A stretch of DNA of 64,000 nt from Phoronis australis. Lineage: Eukaryota > Animalia > Phoronida. A program made the translations under genes and the position numbers. This document shows, one piece after another, positions 39,401 to 50,700 of the stretch. Position 1 is the stretch's first letter. Each line of letters begins with the position of its first letter. The notes under the pieces are model-generated. The model was not told where the DNA came from. It searched no databases and saw only the letters and a list, made by a program, of their open reading frames with translations. The stretch is taken from assembly GCA_002633005.1 (NCBI GenBank), contig NMRA01000320.1:420405-484404 (forward strand), written 5' to 3'.

Positions 39401-41615
39401 ACGCCCCACTGCAGCATTGGAGAAGCGTAGGTAATATGCTAATTAAACTTACCCAAACCAGGTAATTAAAACAAAATAGTATGCCGAGTGGGTCTCGTTT
39501 TCAAAAAGTTTCGCAAAGCTGAAAATTGTGTGAGCGGGCGGATGAAAATTTATAATAAATCAATTGGACGAATTTTTTTCTCCATAATTTTACTGATTCC
39601 TCAACTATAAGAAATATGTTTTAATTATTATAGTAACAATAAAACGTGAGCAATCTGCACTCACAAAGCATTTGATGTTAGACACAATCCATTTGCACTT
39701 GTAGCTCATTAAAACTCGCCAATACCATTTGGTTGAGCTCTAAACACGAGTGAAAAACGTATCGGTAAAGCCCGGTGTATTGGTAAGAATTACATTACGG
39801 TTATGTAGTATCCTAGGAGAATGTCGAAACTTGGCTAACTTCGGAACATCTCATCTGAGAAATCGGGCTTATCCTATATATACGAGTCTTTCACATACTA
39901 TGTTTTATGCAAAACTCTCCAAAAAGATATTAGCATTTGTTTTAAAGGTTTCATTTTTGCATGATGTGAGGGGTTATAAAAATGGACTTTTATAATTTCC
40001 AAGCAAAAACAAAAACGAAATGGTATTCTGTGGTTTTTGCAATTTTAAATTTCTGTGAAAATTTGATCATGAACCTTTCTTTTATGCTCAATTTTACGAA
40101 AAAGACATGATCACGTGACCCAATTAATGGTGCATTGTTAAAAAGTAAAAATTCAAACTCTATAGGCTTTCTATATTAAGAAAATACATACTGGAATAAA
40201 ATCTGTAATTTTATTAGATATTCGGCAAAATTGGCGGACCTGTAGAAAAGTTTCAACGTAAACTTAACTTACCACTCGACTTGAAACACTCGTATTTTAC
40301 AATCATATACTTGTTCTTTGTAGAGCACGGAATCCGACATTCTTTTTGGCCAGAACACTTCTTTTTGATCTACAACACAAAGATTGCAGTCAAAATTACG
40401 AGCACAGCATTGATAATGCAGGTGCATAAAATCGTCAGCGCTATGGCGGATCGAGGAGTTTGTGTCTACATGGATTTGGGCCAATGTGAAAGCAGATTAA
40501 CGTGCGAGGGGATGGTTTTCCCTTGGACTAAGACACACACANNNNNNNNNNNNNNNNNNNNNNNNNNNNNNNNNNNNNNNNNNNNNNNNNNNNNNNNNNN
40601 NNNNNNNNNNNNNNNNNNNNNNNNNNNNNNNNNNNNNNNNNNNNNNNNNNNNNNNNNNNNNNNNNNNNNNNNNNNNNGTTGCTGTATTACAACGTTGTAA
40701 TTGCAGTCTTGTTTGCCAGTCGTTACTAACCTGAAGGAACGCCCTCCTGTTGCCCGCCTCGGTCGCTTGTCGTCGTCGAATGGCCGACTGAATGTGGACC
40801 AGGTTTCCTCGGGGGCAGGAGACCCTCAATTTGTTACGACGGCAAATGAGCCTGTAGGAGTCTGCGAGTGGGCAAGGAAAATATGGAAGACACGTTACAT
40901 AAGCATCACAAGATGTGGCCAGAAAAATGTCTGTAAAGTATACGTGCACAACTCAAATCAAGAGTTATAATGGGGAAATTGACCTTCGAGCTTCTTAGGA
41001 GAGATTCTTACACTGCCTCATCTTTTGTATTTGGGTCCCTAGTTAGTTCTTTTTACAGGTCAGAGTCCAGGTGCAAGAATCGTTTGAAAACTTTTCCCGC
41101 ATCTTTTTTGGAGCGCAACGCTTTGAAATCTGAGATTTTTGGGCATAGAGGTCTCAGAAATTGTCGAAAGGTGTCAAAATTTCGTGCAACTGCTCAAAGA
41201 TTTGTGCCTGATCACAGTTTAGTTTATTTACATCAACCTCTATATTGGATGTGTTAAATACCCTTCGAGTGGTGGTGCGACCACTGACCAACCAGTAAAT
41301 CAATTCTAAGAGCTTGTCACCTCAAAGTGCCATGGAGAATTCATGTCCAGGTAGCCTACTATCATATAACACATTGTTTTTCAAGACTGGACCAGAATCA
41401 CGTACCGCCGTGATCACTGACCGAAACCCATTTTAAATAAAACCACACGGACAGTACGAGTTATGACTGCCCGGAGCCATTACAATATTTGCTTGAGAAT
41501 TACATTCCATTACCAAGCAACTACTCACAAATGATACCAGCTTACCCGTAAACGACATCGTCCAACACACGAGTAGACATAAAACTGGAAGGGTTAACGT
41601 CGCACGCGCCATCAT
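27493..41615 (-). CDS. Secreted GH16 beta-1,3-glucanase / beta-glucan-binding (LGBP/GNBP-like) protein with N-terminal SUEL-lectin-like domain, ~441 aa
   Basis: Exons (minus): 41615-41546 (signal peptide MMARATLTLPVLCLLVCWTMSFT), 40861-40731, 40369-40273 (lectin-like), 38022-37931 (LVFEDNFDTLNFSLWDHEVT), 36756-36691 (FQKYVNNRTNSYVRDGILYIKP), 32968-32908, 32606-32448 (PPPIQSARMRS...FKYGKIEIRAMMPAGDWIWP), 31029-30952 (ALWLLP...WPASGEIDLVETRG), 30819-30702 (QTLHWGP), 29701-29630 (FHTYGAEW), 28371-28227 (GFWKLGNF...NPW...MAPFDKE), 27729-27493 (FFIVMNVAVGG...KPW...MKVDFIRVWQ). Phases consistent; 1326 nt. Exon 6 and a possible microexon are the least certain parts. Confidence 0.9.
29206..29290 (+). 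mobile_element. LINE (RTE-like) reverse transcriptase fragment
   Basis: Translates LHMLFIDLSKAFDTVSR then GCPNQFIDI, matching the RT motif FxDLxKAFD and the RTE-type GCP signature. Confidence 0.65.
31500..31770 (+). repeat. Dispersed repeat family (Kolobok-like end); related copies at ~36845-37090 (inverted) and ~40000-40230
   Basis: Shared ggtcacgtgacc(c)aat...aaaatcaaa(c/t)tct...ttgtcg.taagatcct core in three diverged copies. Confidence 0.55.
33106..33747 (+). repeat. ~640-bp composite repeat, left arm of intronic inverted pair (contains nested MITE ~33387-33602)
   Basis: Reverse complement of 38466-39420. The ORF track shows near-identical peptides on opposite strands (HTHGRLKVAA.ISFLCVTLL; CGWTLFLRHQRSATA.SMEIPTRESK). 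Confidence 0.9.
33890..34477 (+). mobile_element. CR1/L2-group LINE 3' fragment (ORF2 C-terminus plus 3' UTR)
   Basis: LARAG...RIKIV...HVFFACEVCKEERVQLFQVL and, after a frameshift, FLYGCQELNSNENKVLFEIVSEIL. This is the typical CR1/L2 ORF2 end. The tail ends aataaacattaaaaaa. Confidence 0.7.
37674..37821. mobile_element. MITE copy 2 (inverted relative to 2201-2349)
   Basis: cccgttcagttacggcaggacctcgc...ctaggtcctagcgtaggtc...actgaacgcacgcc. Confidence 0.8.
38466..39420 (-). repeat. Right arm of intronic inverted pair, interrupted by a MITE
   Basis: Reverse complement of 33106-33747, plus an insertion at 39050-39272 and a short internal duplication near 39280-39400. Confidence 0.9.
39050..39272. 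mobile_element. CAGTGGC..GATC MITE with 5-bp target-site duplication (ctatg)
   Basis: ctatg|cagtggcagatc...gatccgcctcta|ctatg. The empty site ggtggttgctatgataaaatg is seen in the paralogous arm (~33159-33179, reverse complement). Confidence 0.8.
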
Positions 41616-42304
41616 CGTCTTCCCGCGGAAAACAAGGTTCAGTACCTGAGATTGATTTTGACAGAATAGTCGACCTTAGAATTCCAAAACCACGTTTACA
41701 GCACAGATTCTAAACTCAAGCTTTAATACGAAGACTTGAGTTTATTTTTGCACCTCCTGTCTGATCTATTTTCCAGTTCTTTGTACCCGACACACTTTTG
41801 GCCTCCTTTGCATTGTACGGTTGCAGGGGTGATAGAATATTGATGCAAGGCTGGTGGACGATTGCCGTCTCAACATTAATAATTTCTGATATTCCAGCTT
41901 TACGTCAAATGTAATCTATAATCCCTAAGTTGTTGCCACGCAAACACGATTATGAATCCATTAACTATCGTAACAAGCAAAATACTCATTTCTTCCAGGA
42001 CTTCGTTAATTAAGGGGCGTTGTGATTCCGTCGTTAATTGCTTAGATGTCAATGTTGAATTTTTAATCGAAGCTTTTTGAGGTGTGCAAACGTTCATTCG
42101 ATCTTTAAAGCTGAACTTCGTCCAGTTAAGCTTGTTAAAAAAGCGAAAATCAATGCCTTTATTCTGATAAAATCGATCACATGGTATTCTTTGAGGGTAC
42201 AGGACTCTGTTTCAACATCGAAAGCACTCAATTTTCGAGAAAACGCTTCAGAGTGTGTAAGGAATGACAAACCCTCAAAGACGATGCATGTACGCTTTGA
42301 TATG

Positions 42305-42656
42305 TACTTGAGTTGGCAACGCACTGTGAGGGATATTATAAGCCCAGTTACTTGAGTTGGTAACGCACTGTGAGGGATATTATAAGCCCAGTTACTTGAG
42401 TTGGTAACGCACTGTGAGGGATATTATAAGCCCAGTTATTTGAGTTGGCAACGCACTGTGAGGAATATTATAAGCCCAGTTACTTGAGTTGGTAACGCAC
42501 TGTGAGGAATATTATAAGCCCAGTTATTTGAGTTGGTAACGCACTGTGAAGAATATCATAAGCCCAGTTACTTGAGTTGGTAACGCACTGTGAGGAATAT
42601 TATAAGCCCAGTTACTTGAGTTGGTAACGCACTGTGAGCAATATTATAAGCCCAGT
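42305..42656. repeat. 44-bp minisatellite, 8 copies
   Basis: Unit tacttgagttggtaacgcactgtgaggaatattataagcccagt; ~700 bp upstream of the GH16 gene start codon. Confidence 0.95.
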
Positions 42657-44712
42657 TTTAAAGGTTCAATGCCTAATTTAATTTTCGTTTCAGCCTGTTA
42701 AACAGATTGAAATGCAACTGCAGTTGTCTTGCCAAGCGACCAGGCAACTCAAATCACAGGCAATACGTACACTGCACGAAAAGCGCGATATTCAAGCCTC
42801 TACACGAAATACTAATCCTTGAAAAACGGAAAACTCTTTGTTATCATGCATTGCTCGAGTTAAATTAACATTCTATAACTCCTATAAACACCCCTGGAAA
42901 CGGGCATTAATTATCAAGCGTTATGAAAACGCCTTGAATATTATTACAGTATTTTTATGCGTCGAATTCGCAAATTTTATTGTTAGCGAACTCAGATATT
43001 CTTGTCAGTAATGTACAAAGAATTATATAAAGGTAAGCAATCGTATGATCCCGCTTTGACGAGAGCAAAAAAACTACTTCAGTTTTCGGATGAGTGGTCT
43101 TTAGGCAGCTAAACAGGGCGAATCGAAACTTTAACACAAGTTAAACCCTTCGTCTACTACAGGGAATATATGAACTATAGGTCCAGCAATACATACACGG
43201 ATTATTTATATTCGTACATGTATATATTGGTTTTCAAAGTTATGAATCCTGTATAATAGGTAAGCCTCAGTGTCTACTAAGAAACCGATTTGCCGCGATT
43301 AAAAACCGACTACCGTGTTGCCATACGATACTATTCATGTGTACTTTTGCTATGGCAGTTTATTCCAAGGCATGTGAACTGGGTTCTGCTCCCGTTACAA
43401 AGTTCGTCACAAAATGCCTTGGACCCTATCCATACACTGACTGTTTTATCAATATTAGGATTCAAGTGAGAATACTTTGCCAACTGGTAGAGAAACTCAA
43501 GTCATCATTTTGAAGAGCGCACCACTAATCATCTAGAAAGAGTATGGTATCATCTGCATATTGAATAATTTTATAAATTTGTATTCTAAAGAACTCACTT
43601 TTACGTCGCATTTTCTCAACTAAGATGTCATAATTTCAGCACTTAAGAAAAAGATATGATGCAGTTATAATAAATGTTCAACTAGTTGCATGTAAATCCA
43701 GACTGGAAGACAAAAAGTTGAACACTTTCGTTGAATTGTAAACCAACGAATACTCCCGGCGCACTTTAAATAAAGTAGAAGTTGGAAATACAATTTGGCC
43801 AATTCTGCTTTCATAAAAATGTGAGTAACGTTTTGCTATTATAATTTAGATAAATCCACATTTTGTTTCTAGTTTTTACGGATGCCTCATATCACATCAA
43901 CTGAAGCGTTTTTGTGAAAATTCAAGTTCGGACACAAGGGTAAAACTGCAAAGCTCTTTCACCAAAACGCGTTTTTTCAGACATTATGGACTATTTTTTG
44001 CCACTTCAATTTACAAAAACTAAAGGAATGAAAAGCAACCAGACGATTAAATGCACAAAACAGAGAAATGTTGTTGCCTGTCTTTATTTGCGGCTTTAGA
44101 AAAAGGCACAGAAGTTTCACCGAGTTGCTCTTGGCAAGATAGTGACAAACCAGCACTTTGAAAGAATTTGATCCTCAGGGCAGCATCCACCCAGTAAACT
44201 TAAAGGAAATCCAATGAGTTTTGTTTTTGATCAGAATGCATGCAAAGAGAAAAATAAGATTTCATTTTCTCCATAAATTATGGAATTCACCAACAGCAAT
44301 TACAGAGATATATACATCTTAAAAGCAATAGCCACAATATGGTTGATAGAGTACACAACATTAACGTACAATAACCATGAATGACATTAATCCTTGATAA
44401 ACACAAATGATTGATGACTCATACATCTGAATGACCCCTGACCTTGACCACTTGTTGGTTCCAAGTTGATCTCATTAAAGAACAGTAGGCTTCATTACAC
44501 ACAATAGAAAACGAGGCTAGTGAAAATCCTCTAATAAATAATAACAGCTTAGCTCAACTCTGAGAGTAATACAATCCTAGGCTCAACTGTAGTTTTTGAA
44601 AACAGCTCCTGGAACTCATTTTTCACATTTTCTGTAGTATTTCTGAACAGTCAAATTTCATTGCCCACCACGATTGTGAATACGAATACAGAACCGTAAG
44701 TACTGTAGCCTA

Positions 44713-44728
44713 GCCACCAGAGGGCGCC
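44713..44728 (+). promoter_or_regulatory. CTCF consensus site
   Basis: GCCACCAGAGGGCGCC matches the CTCF core consensus CCASYAGRKGGCRS; ~60 bp past the ITFG1 stop codon. Confidence 0.5.
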
Positions 44729-44784
44729 AGGAATGGAAGGCTAATAAATGAATAAAACATTGATTAACAACATAAAATATACTT

Positions 44785-47700
44785 CTACATTGCATCAAAA
44801 TGGAACTTGTGAGCATCTTGCCTCTTCTCCATTTTATCCTCTCTCTGAAACAAACCAACAAAAACAGTGTTACTGGGCTGAATCAAATAAATTAACGCGC
44901 CCATCTTACCTTGTGAAAAAATAGAGCTGTGTCATTTAAACAAGAGCAACGGAGAAGCTTACTAGTACACTGCAAATGGTACGTTTCTAGGGGTATTTAT
45001 GTTTTGTGTAAAGGTACAAGGAGACAACAGTTTGACCACCAGAGGTAGCTGCAGTAGTCAGAATTGAGGAAATCCAATCAAAAATATTAGAAATAAACAT
45101 TTTTCAACATTTGTAGACAAAGAAATAAAACATGCCACAACGGGACACAGCACTAGGCATCCAAAAAATTAGAGGTCTAGTCTACTTCTGTCCATAAAAA
45201 GACAACCAATGGGTTTGGAAGAGCAGATAGACACCAAATGACATAATGTGCAAAGCACTTGCTAGAATCTGCTCAAAACTCAAACCTGCCAATATCTCCA
45301 AAGTGGAATGATCACTAGAGGATGATGCAGAAGTCAAGTCATGCAGAACACTGCACATATAATTTCAAGCACATCATCCATGTCGCTGAGACGCTTTGAA
45401 GAAATTTGGACCAGCAGTACCAACGAATGTTTCCCATTTTTGCAAAAATAAAGAAAATCTCACCTTTTCTTTCCAGTGGAGTAGTCCAACAATCAAGGCT
45501 ATAAAAGCGCACGTTCCCAGCAATGCAATGCCTGTGAGAAGCATCAGCCGACTGGGAATGACAAACAGCTTGTTCGTCCACCTAATTGACAAAGGCAATT
45601 AAATATCATCACTAATTTGTTTGCACCATAAAAATTCTTCAATTTGGGACAAAAAGTAATTGCTAAAATTTCCAATTTTAAGACTTTCTAATTTGCCGCA
45701 CGTGCTCAAAATTCCCCCAAGAGTAATTTAAGGACATTCGCACAGTAAAATCCATGACAGGAATTCTTCCAGTGGTAAGTACTTAGCTGAGAAATTTGAC
45801 AAAATGAAATTCAGTTTGCATATTAATCATTTACTTTGAGAGATCTTTAATTCTGAATAGGCACCATTTTCAGTCACCCAGTTGAGGTACATAATAACGA
45901 AACTGAATCATTTACTGGACAACGGGACTGGCGGTTAGTGTGGTAGGCTTCATGTGGTGGCTTCAATGTCAGTAAGCATGCAGCACTTAATTCACAGCAT
46001 TTGAATGAATTTTCTGCTGTTCTGCGGGTTCAAAATTAGCGCCAGTTTGCCAATTATGTTTGAATGCTGAATAAACAGAGCTCAACTTAAAGGAAATTAC
46101 AAACTGATCAAGATGAATTTCACATGTTCCCGTTGTCTAGAACTATTTCCCTTTAAGGACACTTTTCCCAGATTAGCGTTCACAGTTTCATCATGCTTAG
46201 TTCAGCACTAAAGTCCATGTACCGTCAGTATCTTCACTGATGATATCCCCAGCTTTCAAAGCAAAAGGTTGTTCACAGCCTGAGTGTCAGATTGTGATGT
46301 CAACCTCTTCAACTAAAGTTCAGCACACTCCAAATGACAGACAAACGCACAGTACTACGACAAAATAACACATTACACAAGAGTCCAATAGTTCACCTAC
46401 TTGCCACCTAAATACCCCAAACTAAGATCCTAGCCCAAAAGCATCCATCATGTAAACATAAATTCTGTGATCCACATCAGGTAGCTAATACTTGTACAGA
46501 AACCCTTAAAAGGATGTTAAAACCTGTTTAGGTTAATAAAGGGATAATAACTACAGCGATACTGCTAAAGTCCTTTCAAGCAAAATAAAATTTCGTAACC
46601 CTTGCACATCCTTAAAAGCTTTTGAGAGAGTTTGAAAACTATTTTCAAGTTTGGTAAATGGACAATTAGCATGCCTGACAAGTTGGGTATTGGATGTGGA
46701 GAAAGGTCATCAATCTCAAACCTCAGGAAGAAATTAATAAGTTTTCTCTCATGGGATATAATAATAGCTCAACATGAGGTTAGAAAGTTTTGGATGAAAC
46801 CACCACAACAGGTTTTACTGTCCTTGTAGTCAAGATTACAATGAGTGCCAGTTCATATTTTGTTTAGACTGTAACTGCTTACTTCTGAGGCTGATCAGGG
46901 GGGTAGGGATACACCACCAGCTGTGAGTTGGGAATGATGAGTGTCCATTGATGAGAGCGGCTAGTCTGAAAAATATGGTGGTGTAATGAATACACGGGTC
47001 TTATAATGAACACACGGGTCTTGTAATGAACACACGGGTCCTGTAATGAACACACGGGTCTTGTTATGAACACACGGGTCTTGTAATGAACACACGGGTC
47101 TTGTAATGAACACACGGGTCTTGTAATGAACACACGGGTCTTGTAATGNCCATGTGCCGTCAGTATCTTCACTGATGATATCCCCAGCTTTCAAAGCAAA
47201 AGGTTGTTCACAGCCTGAGTGTCAGATTGTGATGTCAGCCTCTTCAACTAAAGATCAACACATTCCAAATCACAGACAACCACATAGTACTACGACAAAA
47301 TAACACATTACACAACAGTCCAATAGTTCACCTACTTGCCATCTAAATACCCCAAACTAAGATCCTAGCCCAAAAGCATCATCATGCAAACATAAATTCT
47401 GAGAACCACATCAGGTAGCTAATACTTGTACAGAAACCCTTAAAAGGATGTTAAAACCTGTTTAGGTCAATAAAGGGATACTAACTACAGCGATACTGCT
47501 AAAGTCCTTTCAAGCAAAATAAAATTCTGTAACCCTTGCACATCCTTAAAAGCTTTAGAGAGAGTTTGAAAACTATTTTCAAGTTTGGTAAATGGACAAT
47601 TAGCATGCCTGACATGTTGGGTATTGGATGTGGAGAAAGGTCATCAATCTCAAACCTCAGGAAGACATTAATAAGTTATCTCTCATGGGATATAATAATA

Positions 47701-50700
47701 GCTTAACATGAGGTTAGAAAGTTTTGGATGAAACCACCACAACAGGTTTTATTGTTCTTGAAGTTAAGGCTACAGTGAGTGCCAGTTCATATTTTGTTTA
47801 GACTGTAACTGCTTACTTCTGAGGCTGATCAGGGGGGTAGGGATACACCACCAGCTGTGAGTTGGGAATGATGAGTGTCCATTGATGAGAGCGGCTAGTC
47901 TGAAAAATATGGTGGTGTAATGAATACACGGGTCTTATAATGAACACACGGGTCTTGTAATGAACACACGGGTCTTGTAATGAACACACGGGTCTTGTTA
48001 TGAACACACGGGTCTTGTAATGTCCCACATATCATCATTTCATTGTTGTGTGAAAGCAGCATATTGTGTGTCAGAAATTTTGTCAGTATTTGCGTATTTA
48101 TAGCATGCATAAAGTTGAATAAACTAAGTGATAACAACACTGGATTAGCTTAAGCCACATATTAAGTATCATGTTAAGCCACAATCGGCTTTATCCAATT
48201 GAAACAGCCATGTCTAACAAGCAACCTTTAGATCCACTGTGTAGCATGCTTTCAATTACTCAAATAGCTACTTAAGTAGATCTGTATATATGGTAAAAAT
48301 TGAAGTATAATTTTCTTGATTTTCATAAACACAAACCTTTTGACTGGGTATACCAACACGCATCGTGTCGACAAAGTTGGGTGTTTTGCCTAGACCAAAA
48401 TCGACATAAGGGAGCTGGAGAGCAAAATGGGCAGTTTTGGACAGCTGAGTATCTGCAAATAAAAACGGACAAGAATGCCCACATTCACAATGCTGTCTTA
48501 ACACAGAGGGTACTACAAAATCTCAATGTTTTTACAGCTACTTTTAACATTATTTACCAAACTTCTAAACACTGAGTGGCTGTAAACCTGGGACAACACA
48601 GAAGTAATTACATGTATCAGCAGCAGTCACATACAAATAGGTCTTCTTTATCGCACCATATTTGCATCAGCTGTTCATCATCAGCAACAACTTCTGCCTT
48701 GCGCTAGTTGCCGGACATGTATGTGTAGACTCTCCAATTTAAGTGGGGCAAGTTGTCCTAGAGCGAGTTGTTCTAGGGTAGACTGCATGTGGACATAATG
48801 TGCACCCTATGAGTTGTCCTAGAGCGAGTTGTTCTAGGGTAGACTGCATGTGGACATAATCTGCACCCTATGAGTTGTCCTAGAGCGAGTTGTTCTAGGG
48901 TAGACTGCATGTGGACATAATATGTACCCTATGAGTTCAATGGTCTTACCGCAGCTCATCTCTAAGTTTCCCTCCAGTGTGGTAGTGTTGTAACAGACAG
49001 CAGCACCAGCCGTGACAAGTCCATAGTCCTACAACAGATGAACATGGGAGAGCCACATTTAATAACATCACTTCAGGCTTTCATTGGAGTCGAGAGTACT
49101 TCAGTAAATCTACCGAAAGATCTGACACTGATGAACACACCCTTGTCAAGCTTTATTCATGAAATCTCTGAGTAAAACTTGACAATGGTGGATGTTTTAC
49201 TGTCGAAACATGTCGCTACATTTTACAAATGTTGTTGTCTTTATTCAAATTTCAGCAAATCTGTTCTTTGTCATGGTAATAAATTCAGTTTATTAGCATG
49301 ACAAATAATATTTTTTTCAATCACCTCTCAATAGGTGCGACACCTGCTGAGTCTTGTTCAACATGAGGACATAACATTGTGAGTGGTGCAGCCATGACCA
49401 TTTAGTTGAGAGACCATTACATGAGCCAGTGCGCCACCTAGCTGCTGCTAAAGCCATAAGTGCCCGATCACGTCTGATTTTATAGCAAGAGTGCTTAAAA
49501 TCCAACCCCAGGAGTGGCTGCTCCTTCAAAATCACATAATCACACCAGAATTAGTTTTGTTGATGTCAAAAATGCTAACTTAAGAATTAGACAGCTTAGC
49601 ATTACAAAACTGATCTTAACAGCTGTGAGAAACTGAACTCATAAGTTGGAATTTCCAGTTGGTCCTTTCATGGAACAAAAGTAGTAAAGCTGTCAGTCAA
49701 ATGGAAAAAGGCGGGCCTTCATGATCAAATTGCAAAAAGATAGAAGTTTAGCGTATGATGAGGCCAACATAGAAGTTGGGGTTCTATCCAGAATTTGCAC
49801 TTCTGCGTGAAACATTTGAAAAACTCTAAGGAGCAAATTTTCAAAAAATTTTGTGCGTTACAGAAAGGTAGACACTGACATGCACTGTACACTATTAATT
49901 TCTGAAAAGTAAAAAATGGACAGAAATCATGAATAACACCACTTTAAGACGTAAACAAGAAAACTGACGACGTGTATAACTGAAACTTAGGTGCATGCGT
50001 CAATATGCGAAACGCTTCACTAAAACACTTTCTGTGAAAATATCCATAACTATTGCAAGTGCCTAAATACATCCATATATGGTATACTTGGTACTTAGCA
50101 ATCTTGGATGCACACAGGCACAAGTATAAGAAGCATTTATATGGAGAAATATTAATGAATGTTAATGGCAGGGCGTTTTATTTACAATACTTACACAGGT
50201 CGATGACTCTGTGCACAAACTGGACAGCACTGAAAGTCAATAACGAAACAAGGTTACCAAAAATAGGAACGCACAATGTGCATCACAAAAAATATATGAA
50301 TCATCGAAAAGAATTTTTCCATTAAGTAAACAATAATCACAAAAACAACTTCTGGTGATTTTGATATTAAACCATGGAGAAACATGTTTTAAAGGTAAAA
50401 CTTGTACTGACTTGCTTATATTTAAGTCAGATTTTAATGAAAATGTTACTGACAATATACTTTGCTACATGAAGTTGTTTCATTATTAATCTAAATGAGC
50501 CTATAAAATCACAACTTTGAACCAAAGAGAATTTTTTTCAGGAGAACAGGTTTCAGTTGAATTTATGGGTTTATCAAAATGTAAAAGCTGTCTCTCAGCA
50601 GAACAAATTCAAAAATAATTTCAAGCTAAGAGCAAGATAACTTATGAACATGTTTAAGAGCACTCAAATAGAATATGATACGAACCATTACTTACTGCAT

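Noticed and set aside
42305-42656. CRISPR-like array
   Set aside because: The units are contiguous 44-bp tandem copies with no unique spacers, there are no cas genes, and the context is eukaryotic.
46879-47194. Repetitive ORFs (HYKTRVFITRPVCSLQDPCV)n
   Set aside because: These are translations of the intronic 20-bp minisatellite; only 46965-46883 is a real exon.
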